Below the pieces are notes generated by a model. It saw nothing but the letters and a program-made list of their open reading frames with translations. It did not search any database and was not told the origin of the DNA. This document shows positions 19,988-28,806 of a stretch of 64,000 nucleotides of DNA, piece after piece. Each line of letters opens with the position of its first letter. The stretch's first letter is position 1. This DNA comes from an uncultured Actinomycetes bacterium (GTDB lineage: Bacteria > Chloroflexota > Dormibacteria > Aeolococcales > Aeolococcaceae): assembly GCA_964508345.1 (NCBI GenBank), contig CAZDTK010000001.1:236012-300011 (forward strand), read 5' to 3'. A program made the translations under genes and the position numbers.

Positions 19988-20473
19988 ATGACACGCAGAA
20001 AGCTCATCTTTTCCGGAGCAGCGGCGGCCGCCGCGGTGCTTGCCGGCGGCGCGATCGCCTTCGCAGCGTGGTCCGCCTCAGGGTCCGGGAGCGGCTCGGC
20101 CATCGCCGACACGGAGCAGACCGTGACGGTCAACGCGGTGGCGCTCACCTCGTCGTCGGCGTCGCTCTACCCGGGCGGCCCCGCGGGCAACGTCTACTTC
20201 ACGGTCACCAACCCCAACCCGTACGCGATCAAGGGCACCAACATCGCCTGGGGGACGCCCGTCTCGGGGAACCCCAGCGCCTGCCCGAGCTCGGTGATCA
20301 GCATCGACGCGAGCGCTCCGACGAGCGGCCTCTCGTTGACGATACCGGCCAGTGGGACCTCCGGGCTGCTCGAGGTCAGCGGCGTCCTCGACCTGTCCTC
20401 GTCGGCGACCGACGCATGCCAGGGCAACTCGTTCACCGTGCCGATCACCATCAGCGGTCAGCAGCTCCCCTGA
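19988..20473 (+). CDS. secreted protein, paralog 1 of a local triad
   Basis: ATG 19988 with RBS aaggagaacag; signal peptide MTRRKLIFSGAAAAAAVLAGGAIAFA; Ser/Thr-rich; shares the LYPG...TVTNP...ACP pattern with the next gene. Confidence 0.55.
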   Translation: MTRRKLIFSGAAAAAAVLAGGAIAFAAWSASGSGSGSAIADTEQTVTVNAVALTSSSASLYPGGPAGNVYFTVTNPNPYAIKGTNIAWGTPVSGNPSACPSSVISIDASAPTSGLSLTIPASGTSGLLEVSGVLDLSSSATDACQGNSFTVPITISGQQLP

Positions 20474-20496
20474 GCCTGCTGGCGCGGAGCGACCTC

Positions 20497-21024
20497 ATGT
20501 TCGCGACACGTGGCGCGCGGGGCTCCTGGCGAGGGGCCCTGCGCGCCGGCCGGATGGGTCCGGCGGCTCTTCTCGGTGTGGTGATGATCGGGCTCTGCGG
20601 GTGCTCAGCCGATCTCCACACTGACCGGCTGGTGTTCCTGGGCTCCGGGAGCTCGGGCCCCGTGTCGATCGCCGGCGGCTCGAGCTTCGCGCCCGCCCCG
20701 CCGGCCGGCGGCGAGGGATCGTTTCGCATCGCCGGTGACAGGAGCGGCCTGTACCCCGGGCTCTCCACCACCCTGGTGCTGACGGTGACCAACCCGCAGG
20801 CGTTCGCGATCGTCGTGAGCTCGGTGACGACGACGGTGCACGCTGCCAGCGGCAGCTGCCCGGCATCCGACCTCTCGGTGGGCTCGTTCGAGGGGCAGCT
20901 CTTGGTTCCGGCCCGCGGCTCCGCCACGACATCGGTCCCCGTGAGGTTGGTGGCGGACGCCCCCAACGCCTGCATCGGGGCCACCTTCCCGCTCGTCTAC
21001 AGCGGCGTCGGATGGAGACCGTGA
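20497..21024 (+). CDS. lipoprotein, paralog 2 of the secreted triad
   Basis: ATG 20497, 23 nt after the previous stop; signal with LCGCS lipobox; LYPGLSTTLVLTVTNPQAF / SCPASD motifs parallel to the upstream gene. Confidence 0.5.
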   Translation: MFATRGARGSWRGALRAGRMGPAALLGVVMIGLCGCSADLHTDRLVFLGSGSSGPVSIAGGSSFAPAPPAGGEGSFRIAGDRSGLYPGLSTTLVLTVTNPQAFAIVVSSVTTTVHAASGSCPASDLSVGSFEGQLLVPARGSATTSVPVRLVADAPNACIGATFPLVYSGVGWRP

Positions 21025-21025
21025 G

Positions 21026-21457
21026 ATGAGACGGATCTCCCTTCTTCAGGGCATGTTGGCGTCGCTCTGCCTCACGCTGCTGCTCGGCGTCGTCCTGGCG
21101 CCGCTGACTGAGGCGGCGTGGAGCGCCACCGGGGCGGGGACCGCGAGCGCCCTCGCTGACACGATGCCCTCGGGCAGCCAGCCGAGCGCGAGCCCAACCG
21201 GCACCAGCGTGTCGCTCAGGTGGACGGCCGCACTCCTCCCCGGCAACGAGGGCGTCGCCGGTTACGTCATCCACCGGTTCGCAGCGACGGGCGGCGCCGA
21301 GGCGACGGTGGGCCCCGGCTGCAGTGGTGTGGTGACGACGACGATCTGCACGGAGGCCAACGTCCCCGCGGGCACCTGGGTCTACACCGACACGCCGGTC
21401 CAGGACAGCTGGTCGGGCGGGCAGAGCGCCGCGAGTGCCCCGGTCACGGTTCCGTAG
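21026..21457 (+). CDS. secreted protein with fibronectin-III-like segment
   Basis: Starts 2 nt after the previous stop; signal peptide MRRISLLQGMLASLCLTLLLGVVLAPLTEAAWS; SVSLRWTAA...GYVIHR pattern. Confidence 0.5.
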   Translation: MRRISLLQGMLASLCLTLLLGVVLAPLTEAAWSATGAGTASALADTMPSGSQPSASPTGTSVSLRWTAALLPGNEGVAGYVIHRFAATGGAEATVGPGCSGVVTTTICTEANVPAGTWVYTDTPVQDSWSGGQSAASAPVTVP

Positions 21458-22072
21458 CGGCCAGGGCGCGCCGGCTCTCTCCGGCTCTCAGGGCCAAGGC
21501 ACCGCTCGGGGTGGGGGAGGGCGGTTCGCGGCCCCGGCATCCGGCGGAGCGGGCCCGCAGACCACCGTGGACAAGTCTCCGCTCCCCTGGATCTCGCCGT
21601 AACGGCGAGAGGAGGCTCGAGGCGCCCCGGTTCGGCCCCGGAATCGCGGCCGGCTCAGCAGGGTGCCGCCACGATCATCGGACTGGCTCCTCCCACCCCA
21701 CTCGCAGCTCGCGGCCGCGGTCGTCGTGAGGCGGACCGGCCGCATAGTCACTTCATCTGGGTTGCCATGCCTCCCGGGCGTGAAGGGGCAGATGGCTCGA
21801 TGGGAGACCCCCGGCTCGGGATCGACGTTGTCACAGCAGCGCACAGCCCGTGCCCCGCGGGTCCGCCTGCCTTGGATGTGGTGGTCCGAACTGGGCGCCG
21901 GTCACGAGTGCCACGACTGGGAGGGGGCCCACCGGCCTGTGGAACCGATCGGCGTCGGCTCCCGGCCCGAGCGAGGCTATGCCTAAGCAGCTCTCGGTCG
22001 GCGGGGCCGGGGAGCCTCCCCCGGGAGGTTCCGCGAGTTGGGGGACGGCCCGGCTGCTACCATCAAGGGTCC

Positions 22073-22150
22073 GCGCCCATAGCTCAGTCCGGATAGAGCG
22101 TCTGACTACGGATCAGAAGGCCAGGGGTTCAAATCCTCTTGGGCGCGCCA
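22073..22150 (+). tRNA. tRNA-Arg (anticodon ACG)
   Basis: Cloverleaf folded by hand: acceptor GCGCCCA/TGGGCGC, D-arm GCTC-AGTCCGGATA-GAGC, anticodon arm TCTGA-CTACGGA-TCAGA (anticodon ACG), T-arm AGGGG-TTCAAAT-CCTCT, encoded CCA. Confidence 0.9.
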
Positions 22151-22866
22151 ATCGCTGGCCTTCGTCCGGTTGGTGGACGCGGGCCGTCAGGGCGGCTGGT
22201 GTGTCGTTCCACTGCGCCATAAGGCTGGGTGTGCCCGACGGCGCGCTTGCTTTGGTAGGAGGAGATCTCAGGTCGAGTTTGAGAGCGCCTCGACAAGACG
22301 TCTGATTCTGAGTTCAGACGCCACGTCTGCCTGATATCGGGGCCGCTCAAGCAGACGCTCCGACCTTCGTACCCCTGAACTATGAGCAGACGCTCCATGA
22401 GCGCGCTCGTTCGGAGCATCTAGGCGTCCAAGGTAAGCGGTCTGACCGTGGTGCCGGAGCCGTCCCCCCTCGAGCCCGGATCATCGTCTTGTTTGACGAC
22501 AAACGGGCGGGCGGTGCCTCTCGCAAGACCAGTGACGTGGCCGGGACCGTGGCACAGCAGCCTAGCCGTGATCGACCAGGTCCTAGCCTCACCTCACCCC
22601 CACCGGCGCCCGCGACGCGCGGCGCGCTCATGCGTTCGCTGCTGGCTGAGGGGCCGTGGTGATATCGAGCGCCTGGCGACCTCCTTGCCGTCGCTCAGCC
22701 CGCTGGTGGGAGTCGGCCGCCGATTTCCGGTAGCCCTCCCCCAATGCCTCGAGTGCGGAGTACCCTCAGTAACCACGTCAAAAGGCTCGCCCGGGGCTCC
22801 ATGGTCGGGGTTGAGGCGACCTTGCGAGTGCCTCCGATCAACCTCCACGCGCAGGTAGGTAGCCAC

Positions 22867-23496
22867 ATGTTACGCAGACGTGGCGCATGGCCAACACCCT
22901 CCTTCGAGCAGATCCGCAAACGGGCACGGATCCTCGTTATCGACGATCAGGCCTTTCCATACGAGGCGCTCTTCGCACGTGATGGCTATAGCCTAACGAA
23001 GGAGGACGACGTATCTAGCCTGTCCGATCTCGAGGACGGAGACTACGACCTAATTCTTCTGGATCTTCAAGGTGTCGGCTCGAAGGAGTCATCTGATGAA
23101 GGACTCGGAGTTCTCAGGCACCTGCGAGAAGTTCGTCCAGCGCAGATGGTCATTGCTTACTCTGAGGCAACATTCGGTTTGAAAGCGCAGCCCTTCTTCC
23201 GCCTCGCCGACGGAGTCCTTCAGAAGAGTGCTGACTACATTGCGTTCAAGGAGAAGGTTGATGAGCTGCTTCAATCACGATTCTCTGTCGGGTTTTACGT
23301 TGGGCGAATCGCCGTGGAGGCCGGCCTGGCCGGCAGAGAGAATGCTCGTTTGGCCGACCTGGCTCAGCGTGCAATCATCTCCGGCAGACCAGCGAAGCTC
23401 AGGGCCTTTCTCAAAGACAAGATCGACGACAAGACCATCCGTCGCATCCTGATTATCATTGAGGCCGCGCGCTTCGCGGCATCTGTGTGGAAGTAG
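22867..23496 (+). CDS. response-regulator receiver (REC) protein with a C-terminal ~95-aa domain of unknown function
   Basis: ATG 22867; RILVIDDQ ... DLILLDLQ (phospho-acceptor Asp context) ... conserved K in the REC fold; C-terminal helical region without a recognisable DNA-binding motif. Confidence 0.7.
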   Translation: MLRRRGAWPTPSFEQIRKRARILVIDDQAFPYEALFARDGYSLTKEDDVSSLSDLEDGDYDLILLDLQGVGSKESSDEGLGVLRHLREVRPAQMVIAYSEATFGLKAQPFFRLADGVLQKSADYIAFKEKVDELLQSRFSVGFYVGRIAVEAGLAGRENARLADLAQRAIISGRPAKLRAFLKDKIDDKTIRRILIIIEAARFAASVWK

Positions 23497-24680
23497 GGAT
23501 TCCCTTCTTTCCCCTCCCTCACGTCTATCAAGGGCGGAGGGGCGATGGACTTGACGCACCATGGCCACGGAAGTGCCTTGAATGTCGGGATCGAGAGTGC
23601 GAGCGCGGGGCAGTTGGTGCGCTCAGCACATGCAGGTTCGGCGTCAACTACATTAGGTTGTCTTCCGACCTCCTTGCCTTAGGCTTCGTGGTTACGGACC
23701 TCTCAGAGGCTAGCGTTTCTGACGCTCGCAGAAGAATGCTACGGGCTCCGGGCGTCAAACACTTGCGCCGGGTTCATGTGTTGTCAATCATTGAGCACTG
23801 GCCAGCGGTCGATGTGCAAGTGAAGCACGACGCATCTGCGCGGCTAATGGAGGAGCTCGAAGCCCTCCGTGGTTCGCGGGGATACGTCGAGTTGCTGTGT
23901 GGGCACCTCAAGAGCGAGATACAAACTGCCCTGGGCCAAGTTCACGACTACCGTCAGCTCGTCACACAGATCATCCAGAACATGAACGTCATCGCTGAAC
24001 GAGCGCATCCTAGTATGCCAGTGGACGAGTCGCTGCCGCTAATCGGCCATGAGGAGATGGCGATCTACCAGGCGGCGCGCCTCATGGAGCAGAAGCTTCA
24101 AGCAGCGCTGTTCTTCGTGCACCCGGAGAAGATCAATGACCCTGCCGATAGCGAGAATATCCGGATTCACGGACTAGTCATCAAGTACCGGAAGATCTAC
24201 TCTCATGCCTTCGATGCTAAGGGACTCCGGATAATCGAGACCGGTGAGAGCCTCGGAGGGATGTGGGGAAATGGGGACGCCCTTGGTGTAATTCCGCAGA
24301 CGTTCATTGATAACGCCTATAAGTACTCGCCGAGGGGAGAGCGCGTTGAGCTTAGTTTCCACGAGGACGAGCACTGGATCGAGTTCGTGGTCAGCTCGTT
24401 CGGACCGCGGATTGACGATGACGAGCGCCAGCGCATCTTCGAGCCGTTCTATCGAGGAAGAAACGCTACCGTTGGTACCGGCGAAGGCACGGGCTTTGGA
24501 CTAGCCCTCTCGCAGCTTGTGGCCGACCGATGTGGGGTGGAGATTACCTTCACTCAGAACCCACAGCGAGCAAGTGGCACTCTACTATGGACTTCGTTCA
24601 AGGCAAGATTCCCGCGATCTAGGCGGCCTCCCAGCCCGCCGATCCGGCCGCGAGATGGACGAATTCGCCGCAGCGCTTAG
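23487..24680 (+). CDS. cytoplasmic histidine-kinase-like protein: N-terminal Cys4 zinc-ribbon-like motif, degenerate H-box, HATPase_c domain
   Basis: GTG 23487 overlaps the REC stop by 10 nt (the first in-frame ATG is ~80 codons downstream). CLECRDRECERGAVGALSTC gives a C-x2-C-x4-C-x10-C spacing. N-box IDNAYKYSP, G1-like DDDERQRIFEPFYRG, G2 GTGEGTGFGLALS. A candidate H-box IGHEEMAIY sits ~90 aa before the N-box. No TM segments. Confidence 0.7.
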   Translation: MEVGIPFFPLPHVYQGRRGDGLDAPWPRKCLECRDRECERGAVGALSTCRFGVNYIRLSSDLLALGFVVTDLSEASVSDARRRMLRAPGVKHLRRVHVLSIIEHWPAVDVQVKHDASARLMEELEALRGSRGYVELLCGHLKSEIQTALGQVHDYRQLVTQIIQNMNVIAERAHPSMPVDESLPLIGHEEMAIYQAARLMEQKLQAALFFVHPEKINDPADSENIRIHGLVIKYRKIYSHAFDAKGLRIIETGESLGGMWGNGDALGVIPQTFIDNAYKYSPRGERVELSFHEDEHWIEFVVSSFGPRIDDDERQRIFEPFYRGRNATVGTGEGTGFGLALSQLVADRCGVEITFTQNPQRASGTLLWTSFKARFPRSRRPPSPPIRPRDGRIRRSA

Positions 24681-24775
24681 TCGCATACCCCGCGGAAGGG
24701 TACCTGAGCGAGGCGGTTACGGCTACCCCGCAGCGCACCGACCGGGCGCATACGTGCCAGATCGGGAACTTGGAC

Positions 24776-25348
24776 TCAAGTTCTCCGGGACTGACCCACA
24801 GCGTCGCGAACGCGCAATGCAGCCGACTCGGTGTCCTCGTGTTCCCAGACGCGCAGTGAGAGCCATCCACGCTGCGCCAGTAGGTCGTCAAGCTCCTTGT
24901 CTCTTCTTCGGTTGTACTCGATCTTGGCAAGCCAGTATTCGCGGTTAGTTCTTGGTGGCACGAAATGTCGGGGACACCCGTGAAAGAAGCAACCGTCAAG
25001 GAACACTGCGATGCGCAATCTAGGAAATACAATGTCGGCGGTGCGTCTGAGTTCGGGCAAGGGGCGCGCGTTCACCCGATACCGCAAGCCAAGTCGATGG
25101 AGCTCCGACCGCAGAGCTCTCTCGGGCGCCGTCCCGGAAGACACACAGGCGCGCATCGACCGCCGGGTTGACTCGGACTTTGCCCACGACCTACCACGGG
25201 TTACGAACGCGGGGAGGCGCGGGCTCCGCGGAACCGCGCCTCGCGGAGCGGCAAGACTGTTGGGGTCATCGTCGTCGTTCACGGGGCTGGCCGCGCGTTC
25301 AGGACCCGCTGCGGTCGTGAACGGTCGAAGGTGTGGGCCGTGAACCAT
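24776..25348 (-). CDS. vsr: very-short-patch repair endonuclease
   Basis: Vsr motifs: SESTRRSMRA..., DIVFPRLRIAVFLDGCFFHGC, EYWLAKIEYNRRRD; the N-terminal 45 aa of the ORF may be non-coding (true start possibly internal). Confidence 0.85.
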   Translation of the reverse strand: MVHGPHLRPFTTAAGPERAASPVNDDDDPNSLAAPRGAVPRSPRLPAFVTRGRSWAKSESTRRSMRACVSSGTAPERALRSELHRLGLRYRVNARPLPELRRTADIVFPRLRIAVFLDGCFFHGCPRHFVPPRTNREYWLAKIEYNRRRDKELDDLLAQRGWLSLRVWEHEDTESAALRVRDAVGQSRRT

Positions 25349-25708
25349 TCGGGGTCATCGCCACCCAGTTTGCGGCCGGCGGCGTGCCGATGACAATCAC
25401 TCGTCGCGCGGCTTCGGGGCCATCTGAACCGGCCTCTCCCCCTGCCGCCACGGGACGCTCTGTATTTCGTCGAGGTCGATCGGGTCCCGCCCATTTCGGT
25501 CAACTGCGGGGCGGCGCCACCGACCCAAGGCCCTCACACTTGGCTGACTTAGCACGTTTGCAGCGCTCCGTGGTGCGGTCTATGCGGTCTGACGGCGCTT
25601 GACCAATCATGTATTTCTCACGCTGCTTACTCCACATCCCAAGCCACTCGAGCCGACGCCCTCCCGTGGGGTCGCACATCCGTTCAGGCGCTGATAAGAT
25701 GGTGGCCG

Positions 25709-27055
25709 ATGCTCAGGCAGGCCTGCACCCAACGCCCAGCTCCGCTGCGACGACCTTCCGTGGTGTCACTGTTCACCGGCGCTGGCGGGCTTGACATCGG
25801 TTTGGAGCAGGCCGGGTTCCGCATTGTCGCAGCGACAGACTGTGATCGCGACTGCATCCACACACTTCGCCACAACCAGCTCTCCTCCATTTCGATTCCT
25901 GGACAACGAGGGCGCAAGTACCTACACGGCACAAAGATCATCGAGGCGGACATCCGCACTGTGCATCCGTCCGAGCTACTCGCGAACGACGCCGATCTGT
26001 TCTGGGCTCCTGATCTCTTGTGTGGCGGCCCACCCTGTCAGCCTTTCAGTTCAGCTGGAAACATGAAAGCACTGAGTGATCCTCGAGGCCGACTCTTCGA
26101 GCACTTCGTTCGCATCGCGGACGCCTTGCGACCACGGTATATTCTCTTCGAGAATGTCCGCGGGCTGGTCACAGCGATAGGTCCGAAAGGTATCCCCGGA
26201 GAGGCGATCGCTCTTGTCCGTGAGGCATTCGAAGACATTGGCTACGCCACGACTTTCGCTCTGCTAAACGCAGCCGATTACGGCGTCCCGCAGCGACGCG
26301 TCCGCTGTTTCATGCTCGGGACGAGAGCCGGACATCTACCCGACTTCCCACGGCCGACGCATACGGCTGCGCCTCTCCGAGCCGATCGAGCAGGCCTCAA
26401 GCCACACGTCACTCTCCACAAGTTTCTCGCTCGCTTTCCTGTGGTCGAGGACTCTGAGATAGCTCGGCCGTCGCCTAGCCTAGCTGAGCAGCTCGCGTCG
26501 CTTCCCCCTGGTTCGGGGATCAAGAGCGCCGGAGCTCGGGAGGCAACTCGTCCGGGTGGCCACTGGGGCTACAAGCAGGGTACGTTCGTTGCGGACCCCC
26601 AACTGCCCGCCAGAACGGTCACAGCCGCAACCAGCCAGGACTGGATCCGCATGCCAGATAGCTCGCTGAGGAGGCTTTCGCTTCGAGAGGTGGCCGGCCT
26701 TCAAGGCTTTCCCAGTCAGTGGGAGTTTGTTGGAGGCAGCGCGAGCCGATTCCGGCAGGTGGGAAACGCTGTGCCGGTGGCTTTTGGTCGTGTCTTGGGC
26801 GAGGCGATTTTGAGCACGCTGAATCGCCCCCAGCCGGTTGAGGCCCCCGTGTCAAGGCCGTTTCCGGCCGCGTTCACGGAGTCCATCAACTACACAATTC
26901 GCGAGCACCGGGCCAACAAGGCGAGTCGGGACCGCGTCAGAGAGTTGACGCGTGTTGGCCACGCCGTGACGGACATCAAGGGACTTGGCGCGCAGGACGG
27001 CCACCGTCACCGCGAAGCCTCGGTTACCCTCCCCTTGTGGTCGTCGGAGATGTGA
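25709..27055 (+). CDS. dcm: DNA (cytosine-5)-methyltransferase with an ~80-aa C-terminal extension
   Basis: Motif I FTGAGGLDIG, motif IV GGPPCQPFS, ENV, QRRVR, motif X GNAVP; divergent from vsr across a 360-bp gap. Confidence 0.9.
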   Translation: MLRQACTQRPAPLRRPSVVSLFTGAGGLDIGLEQAGFRIVAATDCDRDCIHTLRHNQLSSISIPGQRGRKYLHGTKIIEADIRTVHPSELLANDADLFWAPDLLCGGPPCQPFSSAGNMKALSDPRGRLFEHFVRIADALRPRYILFENVRGLVTAIGPKGIPGEAIALVREAFEDIGYATTFALLNAADYGVPQRRVRCFMLGTRAGHLPDFPRPTHTAAPLRADRAGLKPHVTLHKFLARFPVVEDSEIARPSPSLAEQLASLPPGSGIKSAGAREATRPGGHWGYKQGTFVADPQLPARTVTAATSQDWIRMPDSSLRRLSLREVAGLQGFPSQWEFVGGSASRFRQVGNAVPVAFGRVLGEAILSTLNRPQPVEAPVSRPFPAAFTESINYTIREHRANKASRDRVRELTRVGHAVTDIKGLGAQDGHRHREASVTLPLWSSEM

Positions 27056-27133
27056 GTTTCGGATCCCAAGCGCTGACAGTGTTGTCGTCAAGGAAGAGGC
27101 GATCACCCTCGGGAACGGTGATGACCTCGAGGC

Positions 27134-28315
27134 ATGATGGTTGACGAATTAGATTCCGAGGAACCAGAAGAGGGCGCGGGCGAGGGGGCGTTCCTTGAAG
27201 CTACGGCAACCGACTCAGCTACGGACCCCAAGAACTGGGGCGCTCTTGCTGAAGCTCTTAAGGGGACCGCGAAAGACTTCACGGCTAGGATGAAGCGAGA
27301 GTCCAAAGCCCTAGAGACGCTCCGCGCGTGCGAAGGCCTCGATCGAGGAGAAAGCAAGCGACTCCGGCGTCTCCAGGACTTAGCGCAACAGGGCCTTGAC
27401 TCCATGTTGTACTCGGACGGTTCGCGCCGGCGCCGGCGGTTTAACCTCCCTGCCCTAGCCGACTACAAACTCGTTATCGCATTCGTTCGGTATGGGGCAA
27501 GGGCCGCGCTGAAGGTGGCCTCACCGAGAGCGGGTGACTTCCTGAACAACCAGCTGAGGGGTCAGTGGGCTGAGCGTGTGGTTCTGTCGCTGACGCGGCG
27601 GCTCGATGACATCGTCTTCGTTCCGTTCGGCCCTTCGAGCGCGGCGATGCCAGGCGATGACCGATACCGCGAATTAACGGCCGCTTATCGAGAGATCGTG
27701 CTGGTGGAGGGGAAGCGACCCGACCTTCTGGCCTTCGATGGGGCTGTGTGGAGCGGCCTCGCCCCGGGCGACATCCGGCGAACGGAGAGTTGGCCGGAAC
27801 GGCTTCTTGTTGAAGAGGACATGGCGATAGTGAGACGGGGGATGTGTGGGGCTGAGGTTAAGTGCAGCACATGGCATTACGCAAAGAGACGAGAAGCGGG
27901 AGGATCGCCACTTGCGGTCACTGCTAAAGAGGAGGAACTTGCAGACTTCGAGCACTGGGAGAGAGAGACTGGCTTGCCAGTGGTATTCTTCCAGGTGCTC
28001 TTTGACGAGATCTACTGCATGAGCTTCGCGCGCATGCTTGCGGCAATTGACCGCGGGTTTCTTTACACGAGTGGGGATTACGTGCTGGATCGACAAACGG
28101 GAGGGGGGGGAAAGGTATTCCACCGGTTCAAGTTAGTAGATTTCAAGCATCTTTTCGGATCGGTGGTTTTTCCGAACGACTCACGCGGGGTAATTCGCGT
28201 GCTGCAGGATGGGAGCGTGGTACCGTTCTTGGAGTACCTGCCTGCAGAGGCGGAGGTGTTGAGTGAGTCAATCTTCCGAGAGGAGGTTGGATTCCGTCAC
28301 GCGACCTCGCCGTGA
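27134..28315 (+). CDS. hypothetical protein, candidate PD-(D/E)xK restriction endonuclease partner of Dcm
   Basis: 393 aa immediately downstream of dcm on the same strand; acidic N-terminus; candidate nuclease motif RPD ... AEVKC; no confident family assignment. Confidence 0.45.
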   Translation: MMVDELDSEEPEEGAGEGAFLEATATDSATDPKNWGALAEALKGTAKDFTARMKRESKALETLRACEGLDRGESKRLRRLQDLAQQGLDSMLYSDGSRRRRRFNLPALADYKLVIAFVRYGARAALKVASPRAGDFLNNQLRGQWAERVVLSLTRRLDDIVFVPFGPSSAAMPGDDRYRELTAAYREIVLVEGKRPDLLAFDGAVWSGLAPGDIRRTESWPERLLVEEDMAIVRRGMCGAEVKCSTWHYAKRREAGGSPLAVTAKEEELADFEHWERETGLPVVFFQVLFDEIYCMSFARMLAAIDRGFLYTSGDYVLDRQTGGGGKVFHRFKLVDFKHLFGSVVFPNDSRGVIRVLQDGSVVPFLEYLPAEAEVLSESIFREEVGFRHATSP

Positions 28316-28806
28316 CTTGCCTTCCTGCAGATCTGGAGCTCTCCAGAAACCCCGGGGAGGTGGACCAGATTGCGAATCTCTGGATTCTGGCGCGAGGGAC
28401 GAACTGCAACATGAGCGCGAAGGATCCGAACAAGTTCTTCCGGGATGTCGAGGACAATACTCTTAGACATGCCGCGATTGAACGCTCACCTCTGACCTAT
28501 CACGGGTTTGAGTCGTTCGTTGACGTGTGGCAAGAGGCGCTCAAGGAACGGCTAAGCGAGCGCTTGGGCTTGTCGGCGGAGGATCTCCGTACCCTCTCCA
28601 GTCCGATAACTCGAGCGATGCCATGGGGAGCGTGCTCGGGATCCGCGCGTAGGTTAGAGGCCGTGACTCGCAAGCAAGCTGGTCTGATCGCGTCGCTCAC
28701 GTATTGCAAGAGTAGGCGGTGCGAGGCAGGACGAGAGGAGCTCCGCGATTATGATCAGGATTCAGCCACGGGGGAGTTGGGTAACAGGTTCCTCTACTGC
28801 TGTTAG
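28312..28806 (+). CDS. hypothetical Cys-rich protein translationally coupled to the upstream ORF
   Basis: GTG 28312 overlaps the upstream TGA (GTGA); 164 aa; C-terminal Cys cluster (YCKSRRCE...LYCC); no homology recognised. Confidence 0.45.
   Translation: MTCLPADLELSRNPGEVDQIANLWILARGTNCNMSAKDPNKFFRDVEDNTLRHAAIERSPLTYHGFESFVDVWQEALKERLSERLGLSAEDLRTLSSPITRAMPWGACSGSARRLEAVTRKQAGLIASLTYCKSRRCEAGREELRDYDQDSATGELGNRFLYCC

Noticed and set aside
21458-22072. 615-bp gap upstream of tRNA-Arg(ACG): considered tmRNA, RNase P RNA or SRP RNA
   Set aside because: No tag-peptide reading frame or tRNA-like ends for tmRNA. No conserved RNase P (GGAAAGTCCGG) or SRP (GGUCAGGUCCGGAAGG) blocks were found by eye. 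It is probably a promoter/leader region or decayed sequence. I cannot exclude a small RNA without covariance-model searches.
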